A DNA stretch of 64,000 nt from an uncultured Oscillospiraceae bacterium (GCA_964391915.1 CAYMNV010000002.1:52531-116530); one strand, 5' to 3'; positions 1 through 9,700 are shown, counted from the stretch's first letter. Numbers and translations are program-made. The notes: generated by a model not told the origin, from the sequence alone.

Positions 1-19
1 AACCGATGAGCCTTCCTGC

Positions 20-964
20 TTATTTAAACATTTTTAATCTGGTGAAAAATACGGTTGCCAAAACACTCAACACCACGGATATGCCAATGATGATAGGAAA
101 TCCCCACGGGCTTTCTATAAAAGGCATTCCCGCCATGTTGACATTCATGCCATAAGCGCTGAAAATCATAGTGGGGATGGCCATGACAATGGTAATGATG
201 GCCAGCACCTTCATAACAATGTTTAAATTGTTGGAAATAACCGAGGCAAAGGCATCCATCATGCCGCTGAGAATCCCGCTGTAGATGTTCGTCATCTCGA
301 TGGCCTGCTTATTTTCAATAATGACATCCTCCAGCAATTCGGAATCCTCGGGATATTTTTTGATGAGCTCTATCCGCAGCAGTTTTTCCAGCACCGCCTC
401 ATTGGAGCGCAAAGCCGTTGTGAAATATACCAGGCTTTTTTCCAGTTTTAAAAGTTCAATCAGTTCCCGGTTCTGCGTAGACTTGTGCAGCTGCATCTCC
501 ACCTCATCGCTCTTTTTGTCTACGTTGCGCAGGTCCTGCAGATACAAAGTGGCGATCCCATACAGAAATTGCAGGATGAACCGGGACCTCATCTCGGTAT
601 GGAAATCCCGCACCTTTCCCTGCTCAAAGGTTTGGATAATCGGAGAATCCTCGCTGCAAACAGTAATAATTACTTTCTGCGCAATTAAGATAGACAAAGG
701 AATGGTGCTGTATAACTCTTTTTCGCTCTGTTCCTCCACGGTGGGGATGTTTACCAAGATCATGGTATAGTTGTCGCCCGTGTCGATACGGGAGCGTTCG
801 TCCGTATCCAGCGCCGCTCGCAGCGCATCACTGTCCAGACAATACTGCTGTGAAATTTGCTGTACTTCCTGCTCGCTGGGCGCCACGATGGAAACCCAGC
901 AGCCTGTCTGCGGGGTGGTTAGTTCCCGCAGCTGATCGTTTTCAGTCAGATAATACCGTATCAT
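20..964 (-). CDS. corA: CorA-family Mg2+/Co2+ transporter
   Basis: Track ORF 20..985. C-terminal TM pair carries the CorA GMN signature (FSAYGMNVNMAGMP). Start moved to ATG 964 (MIRYYLTEND), with SD-like GGGAAAGGG 8-9 nt upstream. The GTG at 985 lies inside a hairpin. Confidence 0.85.
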   Translation of the reverse strand: MIRYYLTENDQLRELTTPQTGCWVSIVAPSEQEVQQISQQYCLDSDALRAALDTDERSRIDTGDNYTMILVNIPTVEEQSEKELYSTIPLSILIAQKVIITVCSEDSPIIQTFEQGKVRDFHTEMRSRFILQFLYGIATLYLQDLRNVDKKSDEVEMQLHKSTQNRELIELLKLEKSLVYFTTALRSNEAVLEKLLRIELIKKYPEDSELLEDVIIENKQAIEMTNIYSGILSGMMDAFASVISNNLNIVMKVLAIITIVMAIPTMIFSAYGMNVNMAGMPFIESPWGFPIIIGISVVLSVLATVFFTRLKMFK

Positions 965-972
965 ATAAATGC

Positions 973-999
973 CCTTTCCCGGCACCGTGCCGGGAAAGG
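973..999 (-). promoter_or_regulatory. Leader hairpin overlapping the corA ribosome-binding site
   Basis: Perfect 13+13 nt inverted repeat CCTTTCCCGGCAC-c-GTGCCGGGAAAGG. On the mRNA strand its 3' arm holds the only purine-rich SD candidate before ATG 964. Confidence 0.5.
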
Positions 1000-1702
1000 C
1001 GCGGTGCTATTTCATATGTATATTTTCTGAGGAAAAATATTGGCCTATACTTGGGCCGGATTCCATATCATCGCATCCTTTCGACTTGAGCATGCTTTTT
1101 ATGAGTATCATTTACCAGCATCACCGGCTCATGCCACAGCACCGAAACAGCGGCAAGACCGAATGCGGTGAGCAGTTGCCCGCCGGAGAGCGGTATCCTG
1201 ATTGCTCCCATGGCACAACATTAAAGGCCGGTGTTTCTCAGGGGGACATAAAAATAACACACCGGCAGAACATACTACTGTCCTGCAGATGTGCATCAAA
1301 TGCCGTCTGCTGCCGCTCTTTGGGCGGCCCGGCCCCACGCCCGTGCGGGCATCGCCTGCTCAGTTTGTACTGTTGATCTTGCATTTCAGTTTCCGTGAAA
1401 TGTAATGCAGCGCAAAGAGGTTAGTTGTTATTATATGCGGTGAAAGAAGAACTGTCAATCAGATAAATAAAATGTTGGCAATTTTTCTGTCGGCCTTTTT
1501 CTCAATTCGTCTTCTTGCGCGTAATTGGGCAGACGGTTTCAAGCAAAACGCCTTTTGTCAGGCTGGTTTTGCCAGACAAAGCCGTTTTAAAAAAGAGAAG
1601 GCCTTTCCTTTATCGTTGAAAATTTCCAGTCATAAAAATTCATGAGGGGAAAACACTATTCTTGCAAACGCAAAACACAGCAAAACAAGGAGTGAAAAAT
1701 TT

Positions 1703-1882
1703 ATGGCGAACAAACAGGCTAAGAATTCTCTTGAACAGTTCAAACAGGAAGCTGCGAGCGAAGTCGGTGTCAATCTGAAACAGGGTTACAATGGGGATCT
1801 CACTTCCCGTCAGGCCGGTTCCGTCGGTGGCCAGATGGTCAAAAAGATGATCGAGTCCTACGAAAACAGCATGAATGGGTAA
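1703..1882 (+). CDS. Small acid-soluble spore protein, alpha/beta type
   Basis: 59-codon ORF below the track cutoff. AAGGAG lies 10 nt upstream of ATG 1703. Product MANKQAKNSLEQFKQEAASEVGVNLKQGYNGDLTSRQAGSVGGQMVKKMIESYENSMNG shows the conserved SASP blocks (E.A.E.GV, G.LTSRQ.G.VGG.M.K..I). A terminator follows. Confidence 0.85.
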   Translation: MANKQAKNSLEQFKQEAASEVGVNLKQGYNGDLTSRQAGSVGGQMVKKMIESYENSMNG

Positions 1883-1906
1883 TGGATTCGTCCTTTGACG
1901 GATCGC

Positions 1907-1936
1907 GGAGCCGGATGGATTCCGGCTCCATTTTTT
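1907..1936 (+). terminator. Intrinsic terminator after the SASP gene
   Basis: GGAGCCGGA-tggat-TCCGGCTCC followed by A-TTTTTT. Confidence 0.8.
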
Positions 1937-2099
1937 ATGGGCGCTGCCGGCAGGTACGCGGATTCCGGCGCGATTTCGTCTCTTTTGTTGCGTTTTGTCC
2001 GTTTTTGGACGCGAATCCGGTCATAAACGGTTGAAATTATCCGAAAATTCCTTTATAATTATTTCTCGGAAAGCAGTCGTTTTTTCGGGAGGTGGCAGT

Positions 2100-3365
2100 A
2101 TGGCGTTCGCTGAGGATCTCAAAAAAGCGGAGAAACTGCGCGCTTCGGGCAAAAACGGCGCCGCGGTTGCCGCCCTGGAATCCGTCTGGGTGGGCCGCCT
2201 CACGAAACAGGAACTCCAACAGCTCCGGGATTTTTTTGACGGGATCCCGGAACAGGAACGCAAAAACTCCATGACCCACTGCCTTCAGGAAATGGAACTC
2301 GACTGGCTGGAAGGCCGGTTTTCCGATATTGACGTCTGGCACGAAGCCCTGACCGCCCGGAGGAGCAAGTTCCATGAGGAATCCCCGGCAAGGACGCAGC
2401 TGGAGACATATATCTGTGCCGCGAATCTGCTTCGCGTGCCGAAGGAAAATTCCCGTCTGCTGCTGATGCTCGGGATTCTGTATAACGGGGGACGGGGCTG
2501 CTCGCCCTATCCGATCCTTCCGACCGGCCGTATGCCGAGCGTCCTGCGCGGCAGCAGGGATCTCTCCGATCTGACGGTCTACGCCGGCGCGGTGAGCGCG
2601 ATTGTCCGCCCGATGCTGCCTGCGCTTTCCTTCGGAAACGGCGGCGGGCTTGTCGAATGCGCGCGCGCCGAGCTGTTTTATGAGCAGAATGATCTGACCC
2701 GGGCTTCGCTGGAGGTCGCCTCTGCGCTCCATGCGGAGGAGCCGGAAATCTTATTTGCCGCCTATGCGCTCATGACCCGCCTGCGTGCGCTGGAACCTTC
2801 CGGTCCGGGTTGGCGCGATGCCGCAGCGCATCTTGCCCGCATGCTGAAGGAGAAGCGCGCGGAGTGGCTTTTCCCGAATTTCGAGGCGTTTCAGGCGCGC
2901 ATGGAGGCGCTTGCCGGGAATCTGGATGCGGTGCGGCTCTGGCTGGATTCCGCCGAGGATGAGTGGGACGGGATCACGCCGGAGAACTTTTACCGGATGG
3001 CGACCAAAGCATACGCCTATTTAAGTCTCGGCCGGTATCAGGAGGCGCTCTCTCTTCTCGAGCAGCTCCGGCAGATCATTTCAAGGGATAACCGCGTGCT
3101 CGACCACGTCGATACCCTCTGCTGCATGACGGTGGCGCTGGATGCACTGGGCAAGCGAGAGTTCGCGCTGGAAAAGCTGCGGGAGGCTCTGGATTTGGCG
3201 GAGCCCTTCGAATATATCCGCGCCGTTGCGGATAAGGGCGGGGCGATTCTGCCGCTTCTGGATGCGCTTTCCGACGGCAGCGCCTACTTTGGCCGCGTAC
3301 GCCGGGCGGCGGAAAGCTTTGCCGCCGTTTACCCGGATCTATATGCGGTTTCGTCCGCTTCCTGA
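2100..3365 (+). CDS. Hypothetical helical-repeat (TPR / MalT-sensor-like) protein
   Basis: Track ORF 1995..3365. Start placed at ATG 2100 (GGGAGGTGG 6 nt upstream; MAFAEDLKK). The sequence is all-helical and repeat-like, resembling the superhelical region of MalT/LuxR-type large regulators. I see no NTPase motif and no HTH. Family call is by eye only. Confidence 0.55.
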   Translation: MAFAEDLKKAEKLRASGKNGAAVAALESVWVGRLTKQELQQLRDFFDGIPEQERKNSMTHCLQEMELDWLEGRFSDIDVWHEALTARRSKFHEESPARTQLETYICAANLLRVPKENSRLLLMLGILYNGGRGCSPYPILPTGRMPSVLRGSRDLSDLTVYAGAVSAIVRPMLPALSFGNGGGLVECARAELFYEQNDLTRASLEVASALHAEEPEILFAAYALMTRLRALEPSGPGWRDAAAHLARMLKEKRAEWLFPNFEAFQARMEALAGNLDAVRLWLDSAEDEWDGITPENFYRMATKAYAYLSLGRYQEALSLLEQLRQIISRDNRVLDHVDTLCCMTVALDALGKREFALEKLREALDLAEPFEYIRAVADKGGAILPLLDALSDGSAYFGRVRRAAESFAAVYPDLYAVSSAS

Positions 3366-3391
3366 ACGGCATCGGCAGGTGCCGTTTTTTT
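3365..3391 (+). terminator. Intrinsic terminator
   Basis: AACGGCA-tcggcagg-TGCCGTT followed by a T-run, overlapping the stop codon of the upstream gene. Confidence 0.7.
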
Positions 3392-3625
3392 GCGCCTGTT
3401 TTTTAAAAAGCGGATACCTCCGTTTTTGAAGCGGCCCCGGGAGAATCTTTGCCGAGGAACATTCCGCCGCATGTTTTTCGGCGTGGAAACATGAATTTGG
3501 CGGCGGACGCATCCATGAGAAAAGAGCGGATCACCTATCGGCATCACCCAAAAACACGAAAGCGCGGCGCGTGGCGTCGTTTTTATTTTCTCATAAAGCC
3601 GCCGGAGCGGTCTCTGATTCAGCCA

Positions 3626-3666
3626 AGAAAAACGCCCTCAGGATTTTGTTGAATCCTGAGGGCGTT
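3626..3666 (-). terminator. Intrinsic terminator of the symporter gene
   Basis: 15-bp arms AACGCCCTCAGGATT / AATCCTGAGGGCGTT. A T-run follows on the minus strand (AAAAA at 3626-3630 on plus). Confidence 0.8.
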
Positions 3667-3681
3667 GTCATGCCTGCGGGC

Positions 3682-5130
3682 TTACCGCATCGTTTTTTTA
3701 CGCTTCCCAAAAATATAGGCCCGGAAGGAGATCACGTTCATGATGAGGAAGAGGGCCGTCACGACGCCGAGCGTCAGCCAGGCCTTTCCGATGCTCACCG
3801 GGGCCACGCTCAGGAGCAGCAGCATCGGGAATCCGAAGAGGATTGCCCACGGCTGGTGGTAAACAAGGTTGCTGGCGGCCTGGGTTTCAAACTTCGGGTC
3901 CGTTTCGCGCAGGAGGATGATGCCGGTGCTGGCGGTGCCGGTCAGCATGCCGTAAAGCGAGAGAAAGGCCTCGTCCCGGTAGAGGTAAAATACTTTTTTG
4001 CAGACGATATCCAGATAAAAATAGGTTGCCGCGCCGCCCAGCAGGCAAAGGAGGGCCAGCGGGACCACAAAGTTCCGGTGGGTGAAGGCGGAGAGGTCGA
4101 TCGCGGCGATGGAGGCCACCACCATGATGTCGAACATGAAGCCGGAGATGCGGTTCTGCAGGAAGTTATTCATGTATTCCCGGCGGATTACACCCTTTTT
4201 CTTCAGCTTGTTGAGCAGAGCCTTAAGCAGCAGGGCAAAGATGGTGCCGAGCAGAAAGTTAAAGGGCCAGAGCGTCGTCTTGAGCACATTGCCGAAACCG
4301 CCGAGCACGCCGGAATCGGCCAGCGCGTTGACGCCGAGCAGGGAGAGGTAGGCCATGCTGTACGCCAGAAAGACCAGGGCGACCTGAATCGTAAATTTAT
4401 CCATCGCCTCGGTCAGCGGGATTTCTCCGTCTCCCATGACGTCGTTCAGCGTGACGCGCTCCGATTCGCAGGCGGAGCCGATCTCGCCGGAAAAGCGGCC
4501 CTTTTTTCGCAGAACGTTGAGGTAAATGATGCCGCCGATGCTCGCCGCGATGAATCCCATGGCCGCGACGGTCAGGCCGAAGCTCGTGCCGTTGACGAAG
4601 CCGTAGCTGTTTTCGTAGGTACGTCCCCAGGTATAGGCGTTGCCCGGTCCCTGCCCGTAGCCGAGAGGCAGCAGCATGCCGGAGGCAAAGAAACTGCCCA
4701 GCGCATAATAACAGCCGATCGAGACGATCATGCCGAGAACGGCCTGCATCAGATAGGTTGCGACGACGGTGACGCCGGTGTCAAAGCCGCCGGTTTTCAT
4801 CGTGCGGCCCTCCTGCAGCTCCGTGTTGCGCAGGGACATCGCCACAAACCCGAGCCCGAGCCCGTGGTAGGTGAGCGTCTCCAGCGTGGAGGTCGGGAGC
4901 AGGGGATTGCCGGTGATCTCCCGGTAAAGATACCCGGCGAAGAGGATCAAAAAGCCGCCGAGGACGGAGCTGGGGATCATCAGCCTGCGGAGGGCGGGGA
5001 TCAGGTTCCGCAGGGTGTTCGCCGCCATCATGGCGAAAAAGAGCAGAGTCAGCGTCACGATGAAGGACCATACTTCCTTATCCCAGAGGTTGATTCCGGT
5101 TGTCATAAAGGCACCGCCTTTCGTTTCCAT
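3682..5130 (-). CDS. Sodium/glutamate symporter-like (GltS/ESS family) membrane transporter
   Basis: 482-aa polytopic membrane ORF. The N-terminal region (LRNLIPALRRLMIPSSVLGGFLIL) resembles the start of GltS. An alternative start is ATG 5106. Substrate is not determinable from sequence. Confidence 0.55.
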   Translation of the reverse strand: METKGGAFMTTGINLWDKEVWSFIVTLTLLFFAMMAANTLRNLIPALRRLMIPSSVLGGFLILFAGYLYREITGNPLLPTSTLETLTYHGLGLGFVAMSLRNTELQEGRTMKTGGFDTGVTVVATYLMQAVLGMIVSIGCYYALGSFFASGMLLPLGYGQGPGNAYTWGRTYENSYGFVNGTSFGLTVAAMGFIAASIGGIIYLNVLRKKGRFSGEIGSACESERVTLNDVMGDGEIPLTEAMDKFTIQVALVFLAYSMAYLSLLGVNALADSGVLGGFGNVLKTTLWPFNFLLGTIFALLLKALLNKLKKKGVIRREYMNNFLQNRISGFMFDIMVVASIAAIDLSAFTHRNFVVPLALLCLLGGAATYFYLDIVCKKVFYLYRDEAFLSLYGMLTGTASTGIILLRETDPKFETQAASNLVYHQPWAILFGFPMLLLLSVAPVSIGKAWLTLGVVTALFLIMNVISFRAYIFGKRKKTMR

Positions 5131-5452
5131 GATACCTTCTATCTTATCGCTCGATGTGAACTATATTTGAACCGAATGCGGCAATTCCGCGGAGACCTTC
5201 GCAGAAAAGACCTCTGCGCTGGCACCGGAGAGACCCGCCGCAGGAAAACGTCCATAAAAAACGCCCGGCCCGATTTCGGGCGAGGCGCCTTTTGTGCAAA
5301 TAATTTTAAAAGAAATTGCGGAAGGTTGCCCGGGCGGCGGGCGCAAACGGTTTCGGGGCGTTCTTGTATGCCAAACGGGGCGGTTCGCTTCTGGGGCGAT
5401 CTCCCGGGGCGCGCGGTTGGCGGGGAGCCCGCCGGCCCCGGCGCAAAAACCG

Positions 5453-6502
5453 TCAGCAGGGAAGTTCCACCGTGAAAGCGACCTGCCCGCCCGAAGTCGT
5501 CTCCATGAAAATCCGGCCGCCGTGAAGCTCCACGATCCGTTTTGCGAGCGCAAGCCCGAGGCCGGAGCCCTCTTTTCGGTGCTCGCCCTCCTGCTGATAA
5601 AACAGCTCGAAGGCCCGGGCGGCCGTCTCCTCCGAAACGTCGGCGCCGCCGTTCACAAAACGGGCCGCCGCGGTGCCGTTATCTTTCCGGAGGGAGACGG
5701 AAACGCCCCCGCCGGGGGCGGAGAATTTGACCGCGTTGTCCAACAGATTGAACCAGACGCAGGAGAGCAAATCCTCGTCGCCCGTAAAGGAGACCTCGGC
5801 TAAGGCCACGTCGAAGCCGAGGTTCTTGGCGCTCCATTTCGGCTCGAGCTGGAGGATGGTCTGCCGGATCTGCTCGTCGAGGGAGAAGATCCGCTTTTTC
5901 TCGAGGATCTTCTGGTTGTCGAGGCGGGAGAGACGCAGCAGATTCCCGGTCATCTCGGTCAGGCGCTCCGTCTCCCCGGCGATGAAGCCGGCGTATTCCC
6001 GCTGCTCCTCCTCGGAGAGGCCGCCGCCCTGAAGAAGCTTCGCATAGCCGCCGATGATCGAGAGGGGCGTCTTGAATTCGTGGGAGACGTTGGAGATAAA
6101 ATCTTTCCGCAGGTACTCGTTGCTTTTGAGCTCCTTCACCATCAGGTTGAAATTCCGCTGCAGCTCCTGATATTCGAGCGTCCTGCCGGCTGCGCGCTCC
6201 CGGAAGTTGAGCTGCACGTCGAAATTCCCGGCGGCGATCTGCTCCGCCGCCTTGGAGAGCTCCACAATCGGATTCGACGTACGGCGGGACATCAGGATCA
6301 CCATGGCGATCACGAAGCAGGCGGAGATCAGCAGCAAAATGAGATCCTTGACCGCGTATTCGGAGATCAGGAGCTCGAGATCTTCCCGCTTCAGAAGGCG
6401 GTCGTTGCGGATCAAAGCGGACATGCCGAGCGTATAGGCGGAACTGAGCGCAACGACGATAAAAAACGTCAGAGTCAGCCGGAACCGGATCCGTTTCATC
6501 AA
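5453..6502 (-). CDS. Sensor histidine kinase (2 TM, HAMP, HisKA, HATPase_c)
   Basis: H-box SNVSHEFKTPLSII and G2 box GSGLGLALAKRIVELHGGRI. Lies 10 nt downstream of its response regulator. Confidence 0.9.
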   Translation of the reverse strand: MMKRIRFRLTLTFFIVVALSSAYTLGMSALIRNDRLLKREDLELLISEYAVKDLILLLISACFVIAMVILMSRRTSNPIVELSKAAEQIAAGNFDVQLNFRERAAGRTLEYQELQRNFNLMVKELKSNEYLRKDFISNVSHEFKTPLSIIGGYAKLLQGGGLSEEEQREYAGFIAGETERLTEMTGNLLRLSRLDNQKILEKKRIFSLDEQIRQTILQLEPKWSAKNLGFDVALAEVSFTGDEDLLSCVWFNLLDNAVKFSAPGGGVSVSLRKDNGTAAARFVNGGADVSEETAARAFELFYQQEGEHRKEGSGLGLALAKRIVELHGGRIFMETTSGGQVAFTVELPC

Positions 6503-6512
6503 AAGACCTCCT

Positions 6513-7184
6513 TCATTTGAGCACCGCCCGGTACCCGAGCCCGCGGACAGTTTGAATCTCGAATCCTGTAAAGCTTATGAGCTTTTCACGCAGACGTTTG
6601 ATGTGCGTATCCACGGTTCTGGGGTCGGAGTCGCTGTCGTAGCCCCAGATTTCATCCATCAGGTTCTGCCGCGAGAAGATTTTGTTCGGGTAGGAGAGCA
6701 GCATCCGCAGCAGGAGATATTCCTTCCGGCGCAGCGATACGGCGCTTCCCTTGTCAGAGACGGAGAGAGAGTCCGAATCGAGCGTGCAGCCGCCGATCTC
6801 CGTGACGGATTCCCGCATCATGTTGCAGCGCCGGAGCAGGGCCTCGACGCGAAGCAGCAGTTCCTCCATATCAACGGGCTTCGTCATGTAGTCGTCGGCT
6901 CCCTGACGGAATCCCTCCCGTTTGTCGTCGAGCGTGTCCTTTGCCGAAACGATCAACACCGGAATCGTAAGATTCGCGCCGCGGATTTCGGCGGTCAGCT
7001 CGTAGCCGTCCATCACGGGCATCATCAGATCCATGACGATCAGATGGATGCTGGCGTGCTCCATCACGTCAAGCGCAGCGGCGCCGTTCTCCGCCTCGTA
7101 CACCTCGTAGCCGGCGCGGCGGATGTAAATCCGCATCAGCCTGCGCAGCTCCGCGCTGTCCTCCACAATCAGAATGTTCGCCAT
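6513..7184 (-). CDS. OmpR-family response regulator
   Basis: Receiver (ILIVEDS..., DLMMP) plus C-terminal winged helix (TVDTHIKRLREKL, RGLGYRA). Confidence 0.9.
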   Translation of the reverse strand: MANILIVEDSAELRRLMRIYIRRAGYEVYEAENGAAALDVMEHASIHLIVMDLMMPVMDGYELTAEIRGANLTIPVLIVSAKDTLDDKREGFRQGADDYMTKPVDMEELLLRVEALLRRCNMMRESVTEIGGCTLDSDSLSVSDKGSAVSLRRKEYLLLRMLLSYPNKIFSRQNLMDEIWGYDSDSDPRTVDTHIKRLREKLISFTGFEIQTVRGLGYRAVLK

Positions 7185-7396
7185 CTTCCCACCCCTTTTT
7201 AGCTTCAGTATAGCATACTTCCTTTATGAACTCAATTTGAACCCGACGGGGCAAGGCCGAAAAAGGTAAGTGAAAAACGGGAAGGGCAGTCCGCCGGAAT
7301 CGCGGAAATGGGCACTTCTTGCTTATCCGGCTGCCCAAAAACATCTCTCAGGGCCCTTTTTCCGGGGCCAGGGGAGGAACCGGCTGTCCGGCGTAC

Positions 7397-7434
7397 GAAA
7401 ATGCCGGCAGGGGGAAGCATCCCTCTGCCGGCAT
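7397..7434 (-). terminator. Intrinsic terminator downstream of nrdJ
   Basis: ATGCCGGCAGGGGGA-agca-TCCCTCTGCCGGCAT, with TTTT on the minus strand. The hairpin also faces a T-run on plus. Confidence 0.7.
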
Positions 7435-7447
7435 CCTTATTTTTTAT

Positions 7448-9700
7448 TCAGTTGCACTTTGACCAGCCGCAGGAACGGCAGGAGACGCAGCCGCCCTCAT
7501 GCTCCAGAAGTTCGCCGCATTCCGGGCAAAATTTCAGCGTATGCTTGTTGGGGTTTTCAATTTCAACCTGCGGGGCGTCGGCGCTCATGCTCTCAGGGGA
7601 GACCGCCATTCCTTTGATCTGCATATCGTAGACCTTCTTGATGACTCTGGCGATCGCATCCGGGCAGCTCGTGCATTTGAGGCCGGGCTGGCGGATGGTG
7701 GACGGGCAGCGGATACCGCGGATCTGCTTGATGATCTCGTCGATGCTGATGCCGCTGCGCAGGGCGACGGAGATGAGCCTTGCGGTCGCCTCAGACTGGC
7801 TCGGGCAGCCGCCCTCCTTGCCGGTGTTGGTGAAGATCTCACAGATGCCGTCCTTGTCGTAGTTGACGGTGACGTAGAGATTACCGCAGCCGATCCGCAT
7901 CCGCTCCGTGATGCCGAAGACGGTATCGGGTCTCGGTCTCGGCACGATCGCGTGCTCCACGACGGTCACGGCGGAGGCGGGATCCTTCTTATCCTCCTTG
8001 CCGATGTTCAGCACCTGGGAATCCCGGCTGCCGTCGCGGTAGATGGTCACGCCCTTGCAGCCGAGGCTGTACGCAAGATCAAACACATGGCGCACTTCGT
8101 CCTGCGTGGCTTCGTTTTTGAAGTTGACGGTCTTGGAGACCGCGTTGTCGGTATGTCTCTGGAAGGCGGCCTGCATCCGGATATGGTATTCCGGGCTGAC
8201 GTCATGCGCGGCGATATAGACGCGGCGGATATCCTCCGGGATCTCCATGATATGGGCGAGGGAGCCGTGCTCGGCGATCCGGTTCATGAGCTCCTCCGAA
8301 GCGAGGCCGCGCTCTTCGAGCAGGGATTTGAGCACCGGGCTGACTTCCACCATCTTGGTGTTGTCCATGATGTTGCGGATGTAGGCATAGGCAAAGACCG
8401 GTTCGACGCCGGAGGAGCAGCCCGCGATGATGGAGAGGGTGCCGGTCGGGGCGATGGTGGTGATGGTCGCGTTGCGGAGCGGCTCGCCGTCCTTGTAGAT
8501 GCTCTCGCCGAAGAGCGGGAAGGCGCCGCGAATTTTGGCGAGCTTTTTGCTCTCTTCGCGGCCGGTCTCGGTGATGAAGCCCATCAGCGCTTCGGCGAGG
8601 TCGACGGCCTCGTCGGAGCAGTAGGGGATGCCGAGCTTGAGCAGCAGATCCGCCCAGCCCATGATGCCGAGGCCGATCTTTCTGGTGGCCTTCGTCGTCC
8701 TGTCGATCTGATCGAGCGGGTAGCGGTTGACGTCGATGACGTTGTCGAGGAAGTGAACGGCGTCCCTGACGATCTCGCCGAGGCGCTCATAATCAATCTC
8801 GACGCCGTCCTCCGTCTCCTTGGTCAAGACGGAGAGGTTGATGGAGCCGAGGTTGCAGGATTCGTAGGGGAGAAGGGGTTGTTCGCCGCAGGGGTTCGTA
8901 CTTTCGATCTCGCCCTGCGCGGGGACGACGTTGTCCCGGTTGAGCCGGTCAAGGAACAGGATGCCCGGCTCGCCGTTTCTCCAGGCGCCCTCGATAATCT
9001 TCTGATAAACCGCGGAGGCCTCCAGCTGGCTCACGGCCTTTTTAGTATGCGGGTCCACAAGATCATAGAGCTCGCCCTTTTGGGCGGCCTCCATGAATGC
9101 TTCCGTCACGCCGACGGAGATATTGAAATTGTTGAGCTCGCTGTTGTTCTTCTTGCAGTCGATGAATTCAAGAATATCCGGATGGTCGACGCGGAGGATG
9201 CCCATGTTGGCGCCGCGGCGGGTTCCGCCCTGCTTCACGGCCTCGGTGGCCATGTTGAACACCTTCATGAAGCTGATCGGGCCGGAGGCGACCCCGCCGG
9301 TGGAACGGACGGTGCTGCCTTTCGGGCGGAGTCTGGAGAAACTGAATCCGGTGCCGCCGCCTGACTGGTGGATCAGCGCCGCATTTTTGAGGGAATCAAA
9401 AATGTCGATCATGCTGTCCTCTACCGGCAGGACGAAGCAGGCGGAAAGCTGGCCGAGCGGACGGCCTGCGTTCATCAGCGTCGGGCTGTTCGGCAGGAAT
9501 TCGAGGTTGGACATCCTCTGGTAGAATTGCTCCGCGAGCGCAGCGGTGTCGGCCTCCGGGTCGTAATTCCGGTCGGCGGAGGCAATGGCGGCTGCAACTC
9601 TCCGGAAGAGATCCTCAGGAGTCTCCACGCATTCCCCTTTTTCATCCTTAACAAGGTATCTGCGTTCGAGTACGGCTTTCGCATTGTCAGTTAGCTTCAT
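7448..9700 (-). CDS. nrdJ: Adenosylcobalamin-dependent (class II) ribonucleotide reductase
   Basis: Track ORF 7448..9709. MKLTDNAKAVLERRYL N-terminus, active-site block ESTNPCGEQPLLPYESCNLGSINL, and C-terminal zinc ribbon CPECG...CVSCRSCGWSKC. ATG 9700 has better SD spacing than ATG 9709. Confidence 0.9.
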   Translation of the reverse strand: MKLTDNAKAVLERRYLVKDEKGECVETPEDLFRRVAAAIASADRNYDPEADTAALAEQFYQRMSNLEFLPNSPTLMNAGRPLGQLSACFVLPVEDSMIDIFDSLKNAALIHQSGGGTGFSFSRLRPKGSTVRSTGGVASGPISFMKVFNMATEAVKQGGTRRGANMGILRVDHPDILEFIDCKKNNSELNNFNISVGVTEAFMEAAQKGELYDLVDPHTKKAVSQLEASAVYQKIIEGAWRNGEPGILFLDRLNRDNVVPAQGEIESTNPCGEQPLLPYESCNLGSINLSVLTKETEDGVEIDYERLGEIVRDAVHFLDNVIDVNRYPLDQIDRTTKATRKIGLGIMGWADLLLKLGIPYCSDEAVDLAEALMGFITETGREESKKLAKIRGAFPLFGESIYKDGEPLRNATITTIAPTGTLSIIAGCSSGVEPVFAYAYIRNIMDNTKMVEVSPVLKSLLEERGLASEELMNRIAEHGSLAHIMEIPEDIRRVYIAAHDVSPEYHIRMQAAFQRHTDNAVSKTVNFKNEATQDEVRHVFDLAYSLGCKGVTIYRDGSRDSQVLNIGKEDKKDPASAVTVVEHAIVPRPRPDTVFGITERMRIGCGNLYVTVNYDKDGICEIFTNTGKEGGCPSQSEATARLISVALRSGISIDEIIKQIRGIRCPSTIRQPGLKCTSCPDAIARVIKKVYDMQIKGMAVSPESMSADAPQVEIENPNKHTLKFCPECGELLEHEGGCVSCRSCGWSKCN

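Noticed and set aside
986-1400. M-box (Mg2+) riboswitch upstream of corA.
   Set aside because: I reverse-complemented the region and looked for the conserved GTTAGGTGAGGC and GCTAAAGCTC-type blocks. Only vague resemblance was found. This needs Infernal and is not callable by eye.
1472-1630. About 52-codon ORF (MLAIFLSAFFSIRLLARNW...) followed by a hairpin between corA and the SASP gene.
   Set aside because: No RBS and no recognisable family. The hairpin has a central mismatch. Insufficient evidence for a gene.
1621-1700. Sigma-G-type forespore promoter for the SASP gene.
   Set aside because: I could not align a convincing GHATR-17/18-CATNNTA pair. The best candidates (TCATA...CACTATT) have wrong spacing or mismatches, so no promoter is called.
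3571-5475. Very long track ORFs such as 3571..5475 (+, 634 aa), 7499..9364 (+), 14155..16347 (+), 42633..43787 (+), 30867..32441 (+), 50404..51870 (-), 59682..61277 (-), 61408..62916 (-), 38055..39287 (-), 62972..63916 (-).
   Set aside because: Each lies antisense to, or frame-shifted over, a gene with clear family motifs. Their products are Arg/Gly/Ala/Asp/His-rich low-information sequences with no motifs. Long shadow ORFs are expected in roughly 60% G+C DNA.
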